A stretch of 63,994 nucleotides of DNA, counting the filler, from Intoshia linei (Eukaryota; Animalia; Orthonectida): the NCBI GenBank assembly GCA_001642005.1. It is 12 parts of 12 records of this genome, joined end to end, with 100 filler letters (N's around TTAATTAATTAA, not from the genome) between each part and the next. Parts side by side here need not be neighbours in the genome. Positions count along the whole stretch, not along the records: positions 27,085 to 31,838 come from LWCA01001878.1; positions 31,939 to 37,231 come from LWCA01001799.1; positions 37,332 to 44,302 come from LWCA01001624.1; 9 more parts are not named here. One strand, written 5' to 3'. Of this stretch, positions 27,420-42,139 are shown piece after piece. The notes beneath the pieces were generated by a model, which had not been told where the DNA came from, searched no databases, and was given only the letters and a program-made list of their open reading frames with translations. Made by a program: the position numbers and the translations under genes. Numbering within the stretch: position 1 is the stretch's first letter; every line of letters starts with the position of its first letter.

Positions 27420-28320
27420 GAATTATAAAATTATAGATAAATTTTAAAATAATTACAAAATACTAATTATGATATCTTCACAAATGTATATATATTATTT
27501 TATTTTGGAAATTTTTATATTTCAATATAATAAATTTAAATTATGTAATTTATTATGTAGTAATTTTGATAATGTTAAGTTAATATTATATTTAATTTAT
27601 AAATATATTTTAAGAATTTTAGCATTATAATATTTTTTTATTGTTATATTTATACCCTAAATTCAAGATTTTGAATCGTTGATAAAAATCAAACTAAGAC
27701 AGCTAGAATGAAAATTAAAAAACCAAGATGTTTAGTTATAAACAATGATTAACATAATACTTTGTAAACCATGAAAATTCACTATAACACTGTTTTTAAA
27801 AAAATAAAGTTATATTTTAATTTTACGATAAGATTTGTAATGGTTTATTTAAAATGTTAAACGCACAGCGAATATCTATCGTTAGTGGTTTTTGATTATG
27901 TTATAGAGTTTCTTTTTTAAAAATACACACAGTGCTAACTATCTATCAAATTCTAAAATTTTCGAAAAAATGTGACACCTTAGTATACATTTATATAGAA
28001 GTTTACATTTAATTATTATTAAATAATTTTTGAAAAGTATGTAATAAATGTTTTTGGGGGAAAGATAATGTTGCAAAAATTAAATGTTTTGAATCTAGGA
28101 GTGATGGTTTGAAAAGATTATTGCCGCATAACTGTAAAATAAATATAAAAGAAAATGTTAAATCGTTACCAAAGTTAGAACTATATAATTTAGAAGATAT
28201 AAATCTCCTAGGTTTTGAATAAATTTCAATTATTTCCATGTGAATTATTATTTACAAATCCTTATTGTCGTCAATCAATATTATCACTTATCTTGGATAA
28301 CAATTTTTAATTTTGATAAC

Positions 28321-29747
28321 ATGGAAAATAATCAATTTAACAGAATTAGCAATGAATTAGAAAACGTATATGAAAATGTCAATGGAATAATGCAATTAAG
28401 AGGAAATTCTGTATGTTCAAATAATTATATATTTCATAATTTGAATTAGAACGGATCAAATAATTTCGATATCAGAGATGATTACCATACAATTAGATTG
28501 TACGGCCTACCTTACGCCGCCACTAAGAGTGATATAGTTAGATTTTTAAATGGTATCATTTAACATATTACTAGTTGATTTAATTTTAGACACGAAAATT
28601 CATAATGGAGAAAATGGTGTTTATCTAATCCAAGACGTTGTTGGTAAACCACTTGGTGAAGGCTATGTTCAATATGCTGACAAAGAGGATTATGATTTGG
28701 CTCTATTAAAAGATAGAAAATATATGGGAACTCGATATATAGAAGGCATGTCTCTTTATATTGTTTGACATGAAATTATAGTTACTGGAACAAATGTACG
28801 GCAATTGCGAAAAAAAGTTATGCCTCAGGATGAATCAGGTGAAGTGTTAATGGAGCCAGTACTGAAAATCAGAGGTTTACCTTTTGCCCAATGTGACATA
28901 GGCACCGTTTTACACTTTTTTGGAGGTTAGTTACAGGCGATTATATATTATTGCCCTTATTTATTTTCATCGACTGTATTTGGGAATAGGTTTACAAATA
29001 GCCCCATATGGAGTATTATTGGTGGAGGACAGGAATGATAATAAAACGGGGGAGGCCTTTGTCGAATTTATCGATCTATACAATGCGCAACAGGGATTAG
29101 AACGACACAAGAGATTGGTTGGAAAACGGTGGGAAAACTTTTAGATTTAGTTTAATATCAGACGTTTATTACTATTTTTAGATACATTGAGGTATACAAA
29201 AGCAGTAAAGATGCCATGATGCTACAATCTGGTCATTATGAGCCACCTACTGATTCGTATTACGATCGTAGATTTAGAGACAGATCACCAATGCGTTATC
29301 CTGGTCGAGAGATGATTGATCCATATGAATGTAACTACAGACCAATTTCCAATGGTAGAGATTATACTTCTTATAGAAATGGTATGGTATTGAAAAAAAT
29401 TATGCAATGTTTAGGTCCTATCAATTTTTCTGAAAGGAAAATTCAACCACTCATAAATGATGTGGTTTATAGACCAACTACTCCATTTTCTTTGCATATG
29501 AGAGGTCTTCCTTTTGGTGCCAATGACAGTCAAGTGAAAGAGGTAACAAATATTTCTTTGTTTTTTATAATTAAATTAGTTTTTTGCACCGATACCTTTG
29601 GCAAATATTCACATTGGTCGAAGATCTGATGGCCGTGCTAGTGGAATGGGGAACGTTGATTTTAATTCTATGGAGGAATTGGAAGAAGCTATGCTCAAGG
29701 ACAAAAATACAATGGGACACAGATACGTGGAACTCTTCAAGCATTAG
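28321..29747 (+). CDS. hnRNP F/H / GRSF1-family protein with three qRRMs, multi-exon
   Basis: IRLYGLPY, GEGYVQY, MGTRYIEV; KIRGLPF, GEAFVEF, GKRYIEV; HMRGLPF, GRASG, MGHRYVELF*; introns include 28411-28449 (39 nt), 28553-28589 (37 nt), 28746-28781 (36 nt). Confidence 0.93.
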
Positions 29748-32335
29748 TTTATTGTACATTAATGTCATTACATTTTACATACCGATGTGTGTATATTGTT
29801 TATTTGAACAAACTTTAAGGGTCACGTCTATATTATACATATATGCTCAAATCAAATTTACAACAAATGTTTTTGTCCTATATTTATGAAAAAGTTTCGT
29901 AATTCTAGATATAACATCAAACTGAATTGTCGACATGTGGTAAATTACAAAATTTATTTAGACTGACGGAGTAACATGAATTTCAGACGTAGTGATGTAT
30001 CAAATGTCATTTTTGTTGTCATTTGTGGGCATAAAAAGTGAAAGTTTAAATAGTCGTTTTATAAAGTTTTTAATTTATAATACAGGTGACACATCACAAA
30101 ACTTTTAAAAATTTATTTACATGCCACATTTATTTTCAACAATTTATAAATTACCAAAAACTTTTTGAGAATGGACAAAAAAAGTGATAAAAACCAAAAT
30201 AAATGAGCTATTAATAATAATTTATAAATAAATCAGGAAAGAGTCATTGCCATATGAATCACTGGTACGACACAAACGGAAATATCTAATAATCTGAATT
30301 AGTCTCTTGAAGATGTGAATAAAGAGTTTAAAATATCAGAAAAGCGGTAGGCTGGCGTATATATTATTCCTCCTATCATATAATTATAAATATATTGTCT
30401 ATCAATCCTCAAAAATACGCAATATTATTGACACGGACAAAAAAGCCAATTCTGTCATAATATGCAATCAGGTAAAAAAATTTAAATATTGATATTTCTC
30501 CAAGAAGTGTTTGGATGATATAAGATATTATTTTTAATTGAATGAAATGTGGACGTTTGGTTTGGAGAATCTTAATCATCGCCTTGATAATTATCATTTT
30601 GCATTTACTGTGCATTTTTAGCTTCATTCATTTCTTTTTTATCTTTACTCATATTTACAAATTTTACAATGTTATTAATATTTTTAATTTAAGTAACATG
30701 TAACAACTTGTTAACTCCATAATTTAAATACTGGAAATGGAGGCTAATACTAAAAATAAGACTAATTGTTATATCTATTAATAAAATTTTTGATTTTTTT
30801 AAATGGCTCATGAAAGTTAATCATTCTTGGTTTAGGACCAAGTTTAGGTTATACAGTATCAACAATTATACTCTAGATATAATGATACTACATTTAATTT
30901 GATACTAATTTTAATCTCACTTGCATCATTTTTGAATTGTTTCGTTAACCTTCTGATTTACATCGCAAAAGTGTTTATTTATTAATTTTCATAACTTTTG
31001 CTTGAAAGTGCTTTTAATTTATTTAACAATTGTATTTTAGTCAAGACGAAAAAAGTTAATTTACTGGTATTATATTCCGTCACTGAACTATAGTTTAAGA
31101 TGTAGTCAAACAATGAACTTTAACTTTCAAAAAATACCCAGGTTCATTACAAATTTTATAATCAATGTTATATTTTTCAACCAATAAATGAAAATTTGAC
31201 AATGCAACAGTAATAATATTTATTATAATAATGTTTACTATTAATTATACATTTGTATTTGAAAAATATTGTTAGCATTTTAATGTTAAAAACTTAAGAA
31301 TTAAAATAAATCGAATTTGGATTTTCTCATTGTTTGAAAATTAATTGTCGAGTAGAATAAGTATAAACAATTTATCATAAGAAGATGGTTAAATTAAATA
31401 CATCAACAATTAATATGAGCTACAAACAAATATTACTAGTGCTACCGACGAGTCGTCTGTTTATTTATTTATTCTACAAATAATTATCCGAGGAGTTAAT
31501 TTTATTTTTAAAAATTTTAGGATATGTATGATTCCTTCAGCGTCAAAAATACAATTTTAAATTTTGTTTAAAAATAAAATATATAGTCTGCTAAAGTTTA
31601 GATTTGTAACGACATATAATATTTTTACTGACAAACTATTTAAAATACTGAAACTATAAATACAGGCCTTTATGTATCACATCTAATATTAAGGGTCTCT
31701 TCGAAGTGTTTCGGCTTAGTCGTGGTAATCATTTTGAATCAATTTAAATTTTTATCCGTTAGATTGGATCAGTGATTCTCAATAGGTGCGCCATCGCGCA
31801 CTGAGAAAATCCAAGTGCGCGCTGAGAAATTTAAAATANNNNNNNNNNNNNNNNNNNNNNNNNNNNNNNNNNNNNNNNNNNNTTAATTAATTAANNNNNN
31901 NNNNNNNNNNNNNNNNNNNNNNNNNNNNNNNNNNNNNNATAATATTAAACATTAAAACCTTTATATTAAGTGAATATTCAAAAAAGAAAGTAGGAAATCT
32001 TTGATTTTCTCGTATTAATTTTCAAAAAAGGGACCTTAAAAATTTAAAGGCTCTCCGGCCCTTTGCTTAGCCCAGGGCCACGAAGTGGCTTAAGACGGCT
32101 CTGCTACCCGGCAGTGACTATCGTATTGTAGTTTTTATCATTACCGAAGTATATACAAGTCGTTCATTTTATATGTAAGCAAGTAACGAATATAAATAAA
32201 TATTTTTCATAGTCACGTGTAACTATGAACACATACAAAATTTGAAATGTTTGATCGGTCAAAGCTTGGTAGATTTAAAAACATTCAAAACCGATGAAAC
32301 TCTGAGGTGTCTTATATTGAACTATTATGTATTGA

Positions 32336-33080
32336 CTAGGTTGACTGTTATGTATTACGTACAAACAGCACCTAGCCCTACCGAGGGCACATTTTTATTC
32401 TACAAAAAATTCACGTTAAAAATCTAATTTAAAAATCCTACTACAGTGGAATCCGTTTATAAGAGACACCGGTTATAAGAAACGTCCGGTTATAGGGGAC
32501 AAACAGCTAGGAACGGAATCAAACGCTTGTTTTGTATATAAATCACAGACGGATATAAGGGAAAAAAATCCGCTTATAGTGGACAGGCAATTTGTTTTTT
32601 AAAATGAATATTAAAGATTTTTTAAAAGGAATGCGTAGATTTCTGGGGTTGAAATTTTGTATTTATATCAACTGGAATAGGCTCTATCAGAATAATTTTT
32701 TTTTTTAATTTTCGGACAGTTAATTAATTCACATTTTTTATTTCAAAAAAAATATATTCTATTATTCAGATTGAAATTTTTTGTGTGTCTTAACAGGATA
32801 CAACTGTACCACCTGTATTTTTTTTAAATTCTAGGGCTGTTTTCATTAAATAAAAGAGGGTAATTTGGTGTTTTGATCCTTTAGATTATTTTTTTAAATT
32901 TATAATAGTATTTATGATTTTAAAATGAGTATAAGAGTGTATATTTTTTTAAATTATCAAACTCGTTTGATTTTCAAAAAAAAGGATAATTGGGCTTTTT
33001 GACCCGTAAGATGTAAGTTTGACACGTTGAAATTTATCTTATTAACACCCAGAAAAAAGTGTAATAGAAATATGGACTTT
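32336..33080 (-). mobile_element. Helitron copy containing a pogo-type terminal fragment
   Basis: A|CTAG 3' end at 32336; TA-CAGTGGAATCCGTTTATAAG at ~32442; Helitron internal blocks resume ~32625. Confidence 0.7.
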
Positions 33081-33213
33081 ATAAAACTGTTAGTTATTGA
33101 AATAAAGATAACACACAGACAAACCAAGCATATTATAAGTAAAGATAATATCAATTTTAGTTAAAGTGATAAAAGTTACACAAAAATAAATAAAAATTTA
33201 ATATGTAGTTTAG

Positions 33214-35247
33214 ATAATATGTCAATATTGCAGTGCAATTTTCCATAAATCATGTCTAAGCTCGAATTTGATTGTAGATTGCAAACCTACATTTACAAGA
33301 ATATCATATAAACAAAGCCTAAAAGCCAACAATTTGAATAAATCACATCATTATTGGATGTATTGTAATAATTACCTTGTAAATATAAACCAGAAATACT
33401 TTTTCAATACGATATCAAAACGATGCATAAGTTGTTATCAATTATTTGAACTAAACTTTAAACCCATCAATTCAATATACTGTGTTTGGTGTAACATGCG
33501 ATGTCATTTAACGGGTAAATGCTTTGACAAAGTAGAATATTTTAATGAAGCGTGTCCAATGAATGAATACACACTGTCGTATACCAAAGTACTAAAAGTG
33601 AAGAAAAACGAATCAACGTCAGATAGCTTAAACCAACGAAATACCACATATAGTCGTACAAAATTCATAATAAATAAGCACATTAAAAACATTGATACGT
33701 GTATAATTGTTTTTGTGAACCCGTTAAGTGGCGGCAAACAAGGATATAAACTTTTACGACATTTCTATCGAATGTTGAACCCCAGACAAGTGGTAAATTT
33801 GTTGAAAGAAAGTCCTTTCACAATACTCAAATATTTTAAAAGTATTCAAAATATAAAAATACTTATCGCTGGAGGCGACGGGACATATAATTGGATAATG
33901 GGGGTAATAACTAAATTACAAATGCAATATGATGTTATAACTAGTATTATACCGTTGGGAACAGGCAACGATTTAGCAATAGTAACAAAATGGGGAAATT
34001 CGTTCAATTTACAAAACATATGTAAATTAATGATTGATAGTAAAGAATCTCAAATAGTTAATCTTGACCGATGGGCCTTGACTAGTCAATTGAGGGACTA
34101 CGATATGACCACTTTTCAAAAAAGTGAAAATAATGAACCATATCAAGACGACGAAGCGACAATTATAACAAATACTAGCGAGACTTCAGGACAGCAAAAT
34201 ACATCATTCCCAACAGATATAATTACAAATTACTTTTCTATTGGTGCTGACGCTGAAATTGTCTTAATTTTTGATAAAAAGCGAAAAAATAATCCAGAAA
34301 AATTCAACAGTCGTATGTACAACAAGTACGTGTATGCCATAACCGGCGGAGAGCGAATGATTGGCCGGAAAACATTTTGTAATTTATATAAATACATTTC
34401 AATTAAATGTGATAATGTTGACATTACTCAGAAAATAAAAACCAATAAGTATGAAGTAGTCGTCTTTCTAAACATTCCAAGTTATTCTGGGGGTCGAAAT
34501 ATATGGGGCAATACTGACAAATCTACTAAATGGAAACCACAAAAATTTGATGATAAAATTATAGAAATTGTCGGTATAACTACTTCTCAAATGGCACTTA
34601 TTCAAGTCGGAGCTTTAGGTGATCGTTTGGCACAAGGTTCAAAAATTGAAATTGAAACATATAAACCTTTTCCAATGCAGATTGATGGAGAACCAATCGT
34701 ATTGGTTTCATCAAATATTCAAATTAATCACAAAAATCAAGTAAAAATCATGAGCAAATCAACAAGTCAAAATTTAGAATTCAGTCCCATTCCAAAACCA
34801 ATCAAACATACATTATACATTTTCGTGTTCAATAAAGGATCCAAGGTCGACTGGAATATTGATTTTGATGAATTGCGGAAAAATATCAGTACCAATGAAT
34901 CACCAACAATTTCTGTCGTATCAGAAGATGAAGTTTCTCAAAAATCAGATAGTTCAATATTTGAATATGTAGACACCAAATTAAAACACGATTCTACACA
35001 CAAATATCCATTTTCGTATATCGGTTCAATTCATATCAAAAAAGTTAACCCACCAAAATTACAATTTATTCGTGGTCTCATTAATTTAAATTATCATATC
35101 GATTATAAATGGAATTTTATTTTTATTTATAAAAACAAAACAAAAATTGACCTTTTTACAAAAACGAGTGAAAAAAGAATTCCGTACAATGTGGTATTAA
35201 ATGATGGCGAAATTATATTTATATACCCAAGTGGGGGAGAAAATTAG
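33214..35247 (+). CDS. Diacylglycerol kinase, zeta/iota (type IV)-like; large terminal exon, probable upstream exon ~32212-32307
   Basis: End of C1a (CQYCSAIFHKSC...CKPTF), C1b (HHYW...CVWCNMRCH), catalytic VFVNPLSGG, GGDGT, PLGTGNDLA, NYFSIG, QIDGEP. Confidence 0.93.
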   Translation: MICQYCSAIFHKSCLSSNLIVDCKPTFTRISYKQSLKANNLNKSHHYWMYCNNYLVNINQKYFFNTISKRCISCYQLFELNFKPINSIYCVWCNMRCHLTGKCFDKVEYFNEACPMNEYTLSYTKVLKVKKNESTSDSLNQRNTTYSRTKFIINKHIKNIDTCIIVFVNPLSGGKQGYKLLRHFYRMLNPRQVVNLLKESPFTILKYFKSIQNIKILIAGGDGTYNWIMGVITKLQMQYDVITSIIPLGTGNDLAIVTKWGNSFNLQNICKLMIDSKESQIVNLDRWALTSQLRDYDMTTFQKSENNEPYQDDEATIITNTSETSGQQNTSFPTDIITNYFSIGADAEIVLIFDKKRKNNPEKFNSRMYNKYVYAITGGERMIGRKTFCNLYKYISIKCDNVDITQKIKTNKYEVVVFLNIPSYSGGRNIWGNTDKSTKWKPQKFDDKIIEIVGITTSQMALIQVGALGDRLAQGSKIEIETYKPFPMQIDGEPIVLVSSNIQINHKNQVKIMSKSTSQNLEFSPIPKPIKHTLYIFVFNKGSKVDWNIDFDELRKNISTNESPTISVVSEDEVSQKSDSSIFEYVDTKLKHDSTHKYPFSYIGSIHIKKVNPPKLQFIRGLINLNYHIDYKWNFIFIYKNKTKIDLFTKTSEKRIPYNVVLNDGEIIFIYPSGGEN

Positions 35248-35291
35248 TTTTATTCTTTATTGAATAGAATAAAAAATTTTATTTTTAATTT

Positions 35292-36116
<825 letters not shown>

Positions 36117-36669
36117 CTAATTTTATTTTTACATTATCCTAGACAGTAAAACTTATGTTTTCAATAGACAATGTCAAAATATAATTAAATTTACCAATAT
36201 TATTTTTCCGCGTAAAATAATTCCAATTCAAATTTATAATAAACTTATACTTAATCTTACATATGTGAAAAACGCATATAAAAGTGGTTTTAATAAAGTG
36301 CAAGTTTGTTTTTATAGTTACTGAGAGTATTAAATATTTGCATTACCATGCAGGATACTATGGCCATTTGATGGAAGCGTCTAGCCAGGCCTTGGTTATC
36401 AGAAATTACGCGTATTATAAGTTATAAAATTTATTATAATAAAGTAACATTTAAATTTTACACTAACTTAGTGTCACTAAGTGATGTAACATTACTAATG
36501 TTACTACAATTTATATATTTGTATTCAGAACAAACATTAATTTATATTGAAAAAAATACAATATGTCAACTTTTTCATCTAAATGTTTTATATCTTGACA
36601 AGTACTACATTGCTTATATAGGTTAATTATCATTTGAAATGTATAATGTTAATGTTAGTGTCCCATTTG

Positions 36670-36801
36670 TCAGACTATTTATGAAAAATCATATAAAAAA
36701 AAGTAGTCGAAACAAAAATGATATCGAATTATTCAATGAAAAAAATTTTATTGCTACTGGTGGATTTGATAACTGCATTAACATTTTAGAGACACATTCA
36801 G
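36670..36801 (+). CDS. WD40-repeat exon of an incomplete gene
   Basis: FIATGGFDNCINIL followed by a GT donor; further exon-like segments from ~36320. Confidence 0.5.
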
Positions 36802-37586
36802 GTTTTTAAATTAAATTTTTAATTTCAGACCTTATAAGTTATTTATTTTGTTTTACATTGTATCATTTTTATTAAGCATTATATGTTGAATGTGTAATAT
36901 GGTGCGGTCTTTTAAAAAATTCCAATAAAATTTATAATTGAACAGTTTAATTTATTTTTTCATCAAGACCAGGGTGTCTTATTTAATTTTATTAATTAAT
37001 TAAAACCGTCAGTTTAATTATGGTTTGAGTAAATATTTTTTTGTTCTGTTCGCGATATAATTTGGCCCGCCACACAAATTGAGTTTAAGTATACAAAATG
37101 TTATAATTGTGATCATGAATAAATATATAAATAAAGTATAATATATATATAAATATATATAATATAATAATATTATATATATAATAATAATAAATATAAT
37201 AATATAAATATATAAATAAATATATAAATAANNNNNNNNNNNNNNNNNNNNNNNNNNNNNNNNNNNNNNNNNNNNTTAATTAATTAANNNNNNNNNNNNN
37301 NNNNNNNNNNNNNNNNNNNNNNNNNNNNNNNAAATTATTATAAATTAATTAAATCTGTTAGTTTTAACATAATTTTTTGAGTAAAAATTTTTTTTGTGCG
37401 ACCCGCGTACTAATTTTTTTTACATTTAGCCCGCTAAGCAAATTGAGTCTGACACCCCTGTTATATTGTCAACAGTTGTAACAGTTGTAAATTTGTTAAG
37501 AACGTACTTTCTTACGTCACTTCTTATACATACCAAATTTAGCCACACAATAATAAAATAAATATTTTGTAATAATGTAAATATAG

Positions 37587-40500
37587 GTTTTACCTGTTTA
37601 ATGCAAATTAGTGACAACAGTGTAGATTGGATTATAGGTAAAAATAAATTATTATTAATTATTATTATATATTTAAAGTATACAATACGTATATATGTGT
37701 AGAATACGTATGTATTTGACGAAATTAAATAATTTCTAGTGATAAGTTGAGATTTTTATATTTCTGAGGTAGATAATGTTGAGAACATTATCTTTTTTAT
37801 AAGTATAAATTTTCATTTTTATTAATATTTAATGTTTAATTTAAGCGATAATTATAAAAATTTTTTGGTCAATTTATTTTTAAATATACAGACTTAACAA
37901 CTCTCGATTAAGTTAAGCTTTAACGAAAAATAACTCGGAAAGGTATTATACTGTTAAACTGACGTGTATCTATAATTAAATAAAGTAAAATAGTTTTAAA
38001 TGTTTAAATGTCTGTTTGTTCAGTTTATAGAGTTTCAAAAAGTACGAGGAATCGAGTTTTACACATTTCATATTTCTATAACAATTTTTCCAAGAGTTAT
38101 TTTTTATCGCAAATTTCAATTTCAGAAATTGGTTCCTTCAAAGTCAAAAACCACAATTATCCTTTGTTTTTAAATTTAAAACTGTCCTAGAATTATAAAA
38201 AATACACATTCTAATTCAGTTTTAAATTCATCAATATTATGATAATTTTGAACTTCAAAGTCTTATATCTTCACGGCAAAAGTCCAAATTACTCTTTTTT
38301 GTATAAATTAAGAAAATCCTATAATTTTATACAACATACATTCTGGGATGGTTTTTAATTTATAAGCATTATCATAAATAAAAATTATCATAAATAAAAG
38401 GTTAGAAACGATAGAAAAAATTTTAAATTATAAATTATAAAATACTATATTGACTGTTATGTACTTCATATGTACAAACAGGACCTAAGTCTGCCAGGGC
38501 ACATTTGTATTATACTTCAAAAAATGAATTCACGTTGAAAATCTAATTTAAAAATCCTACTATTTACTATTATCAATCCTTTAAAGGAGTGGTTCCCAAA
38601 TTTGTTTCAGGTGGAACCATCATATCACATTACTTTTTACTTTAAAGTGAATTATTCCACTTTAATTTATTGTTTGTTAACATTTGCGTAAAAAATTTGA
38701 GATTTTTTTTTAATTTGTTACAATAATATATAATTGTTATAATAAATTATTAAACAGAATGTGTGTATAATATTAAAAATTTTAAATTTCAAATTCAAAA
38801 ATGGATACATTCATATTGACAACGCCAAATAAACCATTATTTTGATAAAATAAAAAAAAATCTTAGAATTTGAAATTTTTTCAACATTACAAAGGTATTC
38901 TTCACGGTCAAAAAGCAATTAACCATTTACTCTTTTTTATTTTATTGCTAACTACAGTATAACCTTTATATATTGTAATTGTTATAACTAGTGAATTTTT
39001 ATTATTGGCCTTATAAATTAAAAATTAATCTTTTTGCTATAATATTTCTAATAGCATTTACATATTGTATTGTTTATATGTAAGAATCTAGAAAAATCGA
39101 CTTTTCAAATTTGACCACTAGATTAATCGTTTGGTAAAATAGAAGGTTAGTACAATTACAGATAAATTCTATTGAGTACACCGATGAAAATTTATTTATT
39201 GAATAGTTTTAGCAGATCCTTAAATATTTGAGGCATCTTTTTTTAACATTTAAATAGTGTCTACAAGTGACTAAATGTGTTTAAAACGCATTTTCTCGTA
39301 TTCTACATAAAAGAAGTGTTTTTATTTATAAAATTTCCCTAGTTATAACATGTAAAATATAAGGTAATAAGTGTATAACAAAAAAAATTACGTGGCGGTG
39401 GAATATTTTTATTACGCTGTGTTCAAAAAGTTTAGGAATCACTGGTTTAGTATAACTCATAAAAATGAAGTTATAAAAACAATAAGTGCGCCTTTGAGGT
39501 CAAACATTCCATTTTTGAACTTTGGATATCCACTAACGAGGGTTTTTTTCAGTTAATCTATTATCTCGATACACAGCAAAAATATCGCGAGCAGGTTTTG
39601 CCGCCTTTGATCCTCGATTAAAAGCAAAAAGAAGGAGGCGGCGGAAATGGGTATTCTTCTAAAAAAATATATACATTTATTTTTTATTTTTATTTATATT
39701 TTTTTTTATTTGTTTTATTTGTTTTATTTTTTTTTATTTATATATTTATTATTTTATTTTCGACTAGAACTTAGTTTTCAACCAAATATATTAAAATTTT
39801 CGCGCATCATCATTATACTCTAGGCAGGTGTATCTATGATGTAAACGAGTAACTTTGGAAAGGGCTGATTTGGACTAACTTAATTAACATATCTTTTCTT
39901 AACTTAGCTCATTAACGATTGTATTGCAATGCTTTTTTCTAATCAAGTTAAAAAGTATTATAAGAGTATTTTCAAATTAACTTACCTTAAAAGTATGAAC
40001 AATAATAAAAGTAAAAATACCTTGTCAATTTAAAAGATGAATCATGTTTTTATTTTTAATAAATTGATGTGACGACTGTAATTCTATTTCTGTGTATTAA
40101 ATGAACAATTTTTGATTGCAGAGCTCTTTTTTAAAAAAAAAATATTTAATCTAATAAAATTACATTTTAGACACTGTAAAGCTGCGAAATAATTTACAAC
40201 CCTTAAACGTAATATTTACAAATGAAAAAATTGTCAAAATCTTCCATGGAGCCAACCAGGAGATATTATGGTTACAAAAAGATTTTGGTCTATACATTGT
40301 CAACATGTTTGATACCTACTACGCTGCAATAGCGTTAAAAATGCGTTATAAATCATATCAGTACATTCTATGGAGATACTGTCGCGTCTTAACCGACAAA
40401 GTGTACCAAACAAGCGATTGGCGTATACGCCCATTACCTAAACCAATGGTAACATATGCCCGTATAGACACTCACTATTTATGCCGAATATACAAAAGAA

Positions 40501-40934
40501 TAGTTGACGATTTATTCATAATTGATAACACTGGACAATTATACTTGCAAGTGTTAAATTCTAGCAAATCACGCAGTCTCCGCTTATACAAAAAACCCAA
40601 ATTAAATAAATACAACTATCAAAAAATATTGAATTTTTCTGAAACAAAAAAGAAATTTTCAAATTCACAAATTACGTATGCGAAAAATATATACACACTG
40701 ATAGACAGACTTTCACGAAGAGAAGATCAAAGTGTTTATCAATTTTGTCCACCATTTTTTATGTACAAAATATTTATCAAATGCCCTAAATCGATTCAAG
40801 AATTTAACAATCTTGTTGAGAAAACAGATTACAATCACCTCTTAAATTTTTCCAGTTTATTTATTGAATTGATTTCACCAATCAATAATAATGTGTACCA
40901 GAATCAAATCACTGATATACATAATGATATTTAA
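37587..40934 (+). CDS. EXOSC10: Exosome 3'-5' exonuclease Rrp6, exons 37587-37637 and 40171-40934, 5' part not resolved
   Basis: GFTCLMQIS...IID|T, KIFHGA...WLQKDFGLYIVNMFDT, DWRIRPL, YARIDTHYL, HRDC-like helix region. Confidence 0.92.
39480..39800 (-). mobile_element. mariner 5' fragment in the Rrp6 intron
   Basis: Minus strand reads LLLFAFNRGSKAAKPARDIFAVY...SKFKNGMFDLK, a mariner HTH region. Confidence 0.75.
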
Positions 40935-42139
40935 TAGTTATATTTAGTTGATACTTAATTGCAAAATTATGTGCGTGAAATTTGGTAAATAAAATTTAAA
41001 TTTCACACGTTAATTAATAACAATAAATTTAAAATATTGATTAAATCAATCAACAATTAATATTTTGCCTATTGCCTTTTAAATTTAATTTTAAATTATC
41101 ATAAAAGCTTATTTGTAAATTATTAGTATTCTTATTAAGTTTCATTAAAACAAGTTTATTACATTTCCGTTCATTATTTTTATATTAAAAGGAGTACATT
41201 TAATTAATTAGTCAATTTTACCACTTTTAATTATCCATTTTAATAATATTGATTCTATTTTTTATTATGTTGAAATTTCGTCTTTTATTTTACATACTAT
41301 TCGTACATTTTGGACAAGGTAATTTTAAATTTATTTAAACTCGCATTTATTCACTTTAATTTAAATTTATGCGGATCGATAATATATTCAACTTTTATTT
41401 TAATGGGATACAATTAGACAAATTTTTATATACAGGCAAAAAATTTTAATCTTATCACATGCAAATTAAATTACATGTTTTAAATATTCAAAACATTGAT
41501 TAAATTTACAAATTTCCATTTATAGACCTAGTAGGACTTGCATTTATAATTTATCATCTCTTTCAATACTTTCAATTTACTCAAATTTGTCATTATATAT
41601 GTACTACTCACTTGTCATTCATATTTCGTGACTTGTTTAACCAATTGAATTAATAAAATTAACATGGCCTTGTTAATTTATCAACATTTTTGTACAATGT
41701 ATTATACCTGTATTCCTTAATGATTCAGATTGTACACTTTACGTGCTTAATTTATTGTATTGTTATCCATATTATTTTTTCTTGTAATTTTATTGTACTT
41801 GTATTCGCTGTCATAGATTATTATTGTTTTTTAACATTTTTGAATATTCATTTGTATTATATATTATTCAATTAGTTTTACTCAATGCCAAAATTACCAA
41901 GCGCGTTACAGTTTTGGAGAGTCAACTTGCTACTTTCATTTGTCAATTACCTGATCATGAAAATCCAAATTTATTTAAAGTATATTTTAAATGTATATAA
42001 GTGGTTGCCATTATGATTGATATGATTTTATTTGATTACCTGCGACTGTATTTATTTTTTGGGTACACGAGACTGGTTTTTTATCAACGCCCACGACGAA
42101 TAACGATTGGCGACGTTGATTTCGCAAGGATTTTATTTA

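Noticed and set aside
39595-39645. GC-rich hairpin GCCGCC...GGCGGC as an intronic ncRNA
   Set aside because: Lies within a mariner transposase HTH-coding fragment on the minus strand
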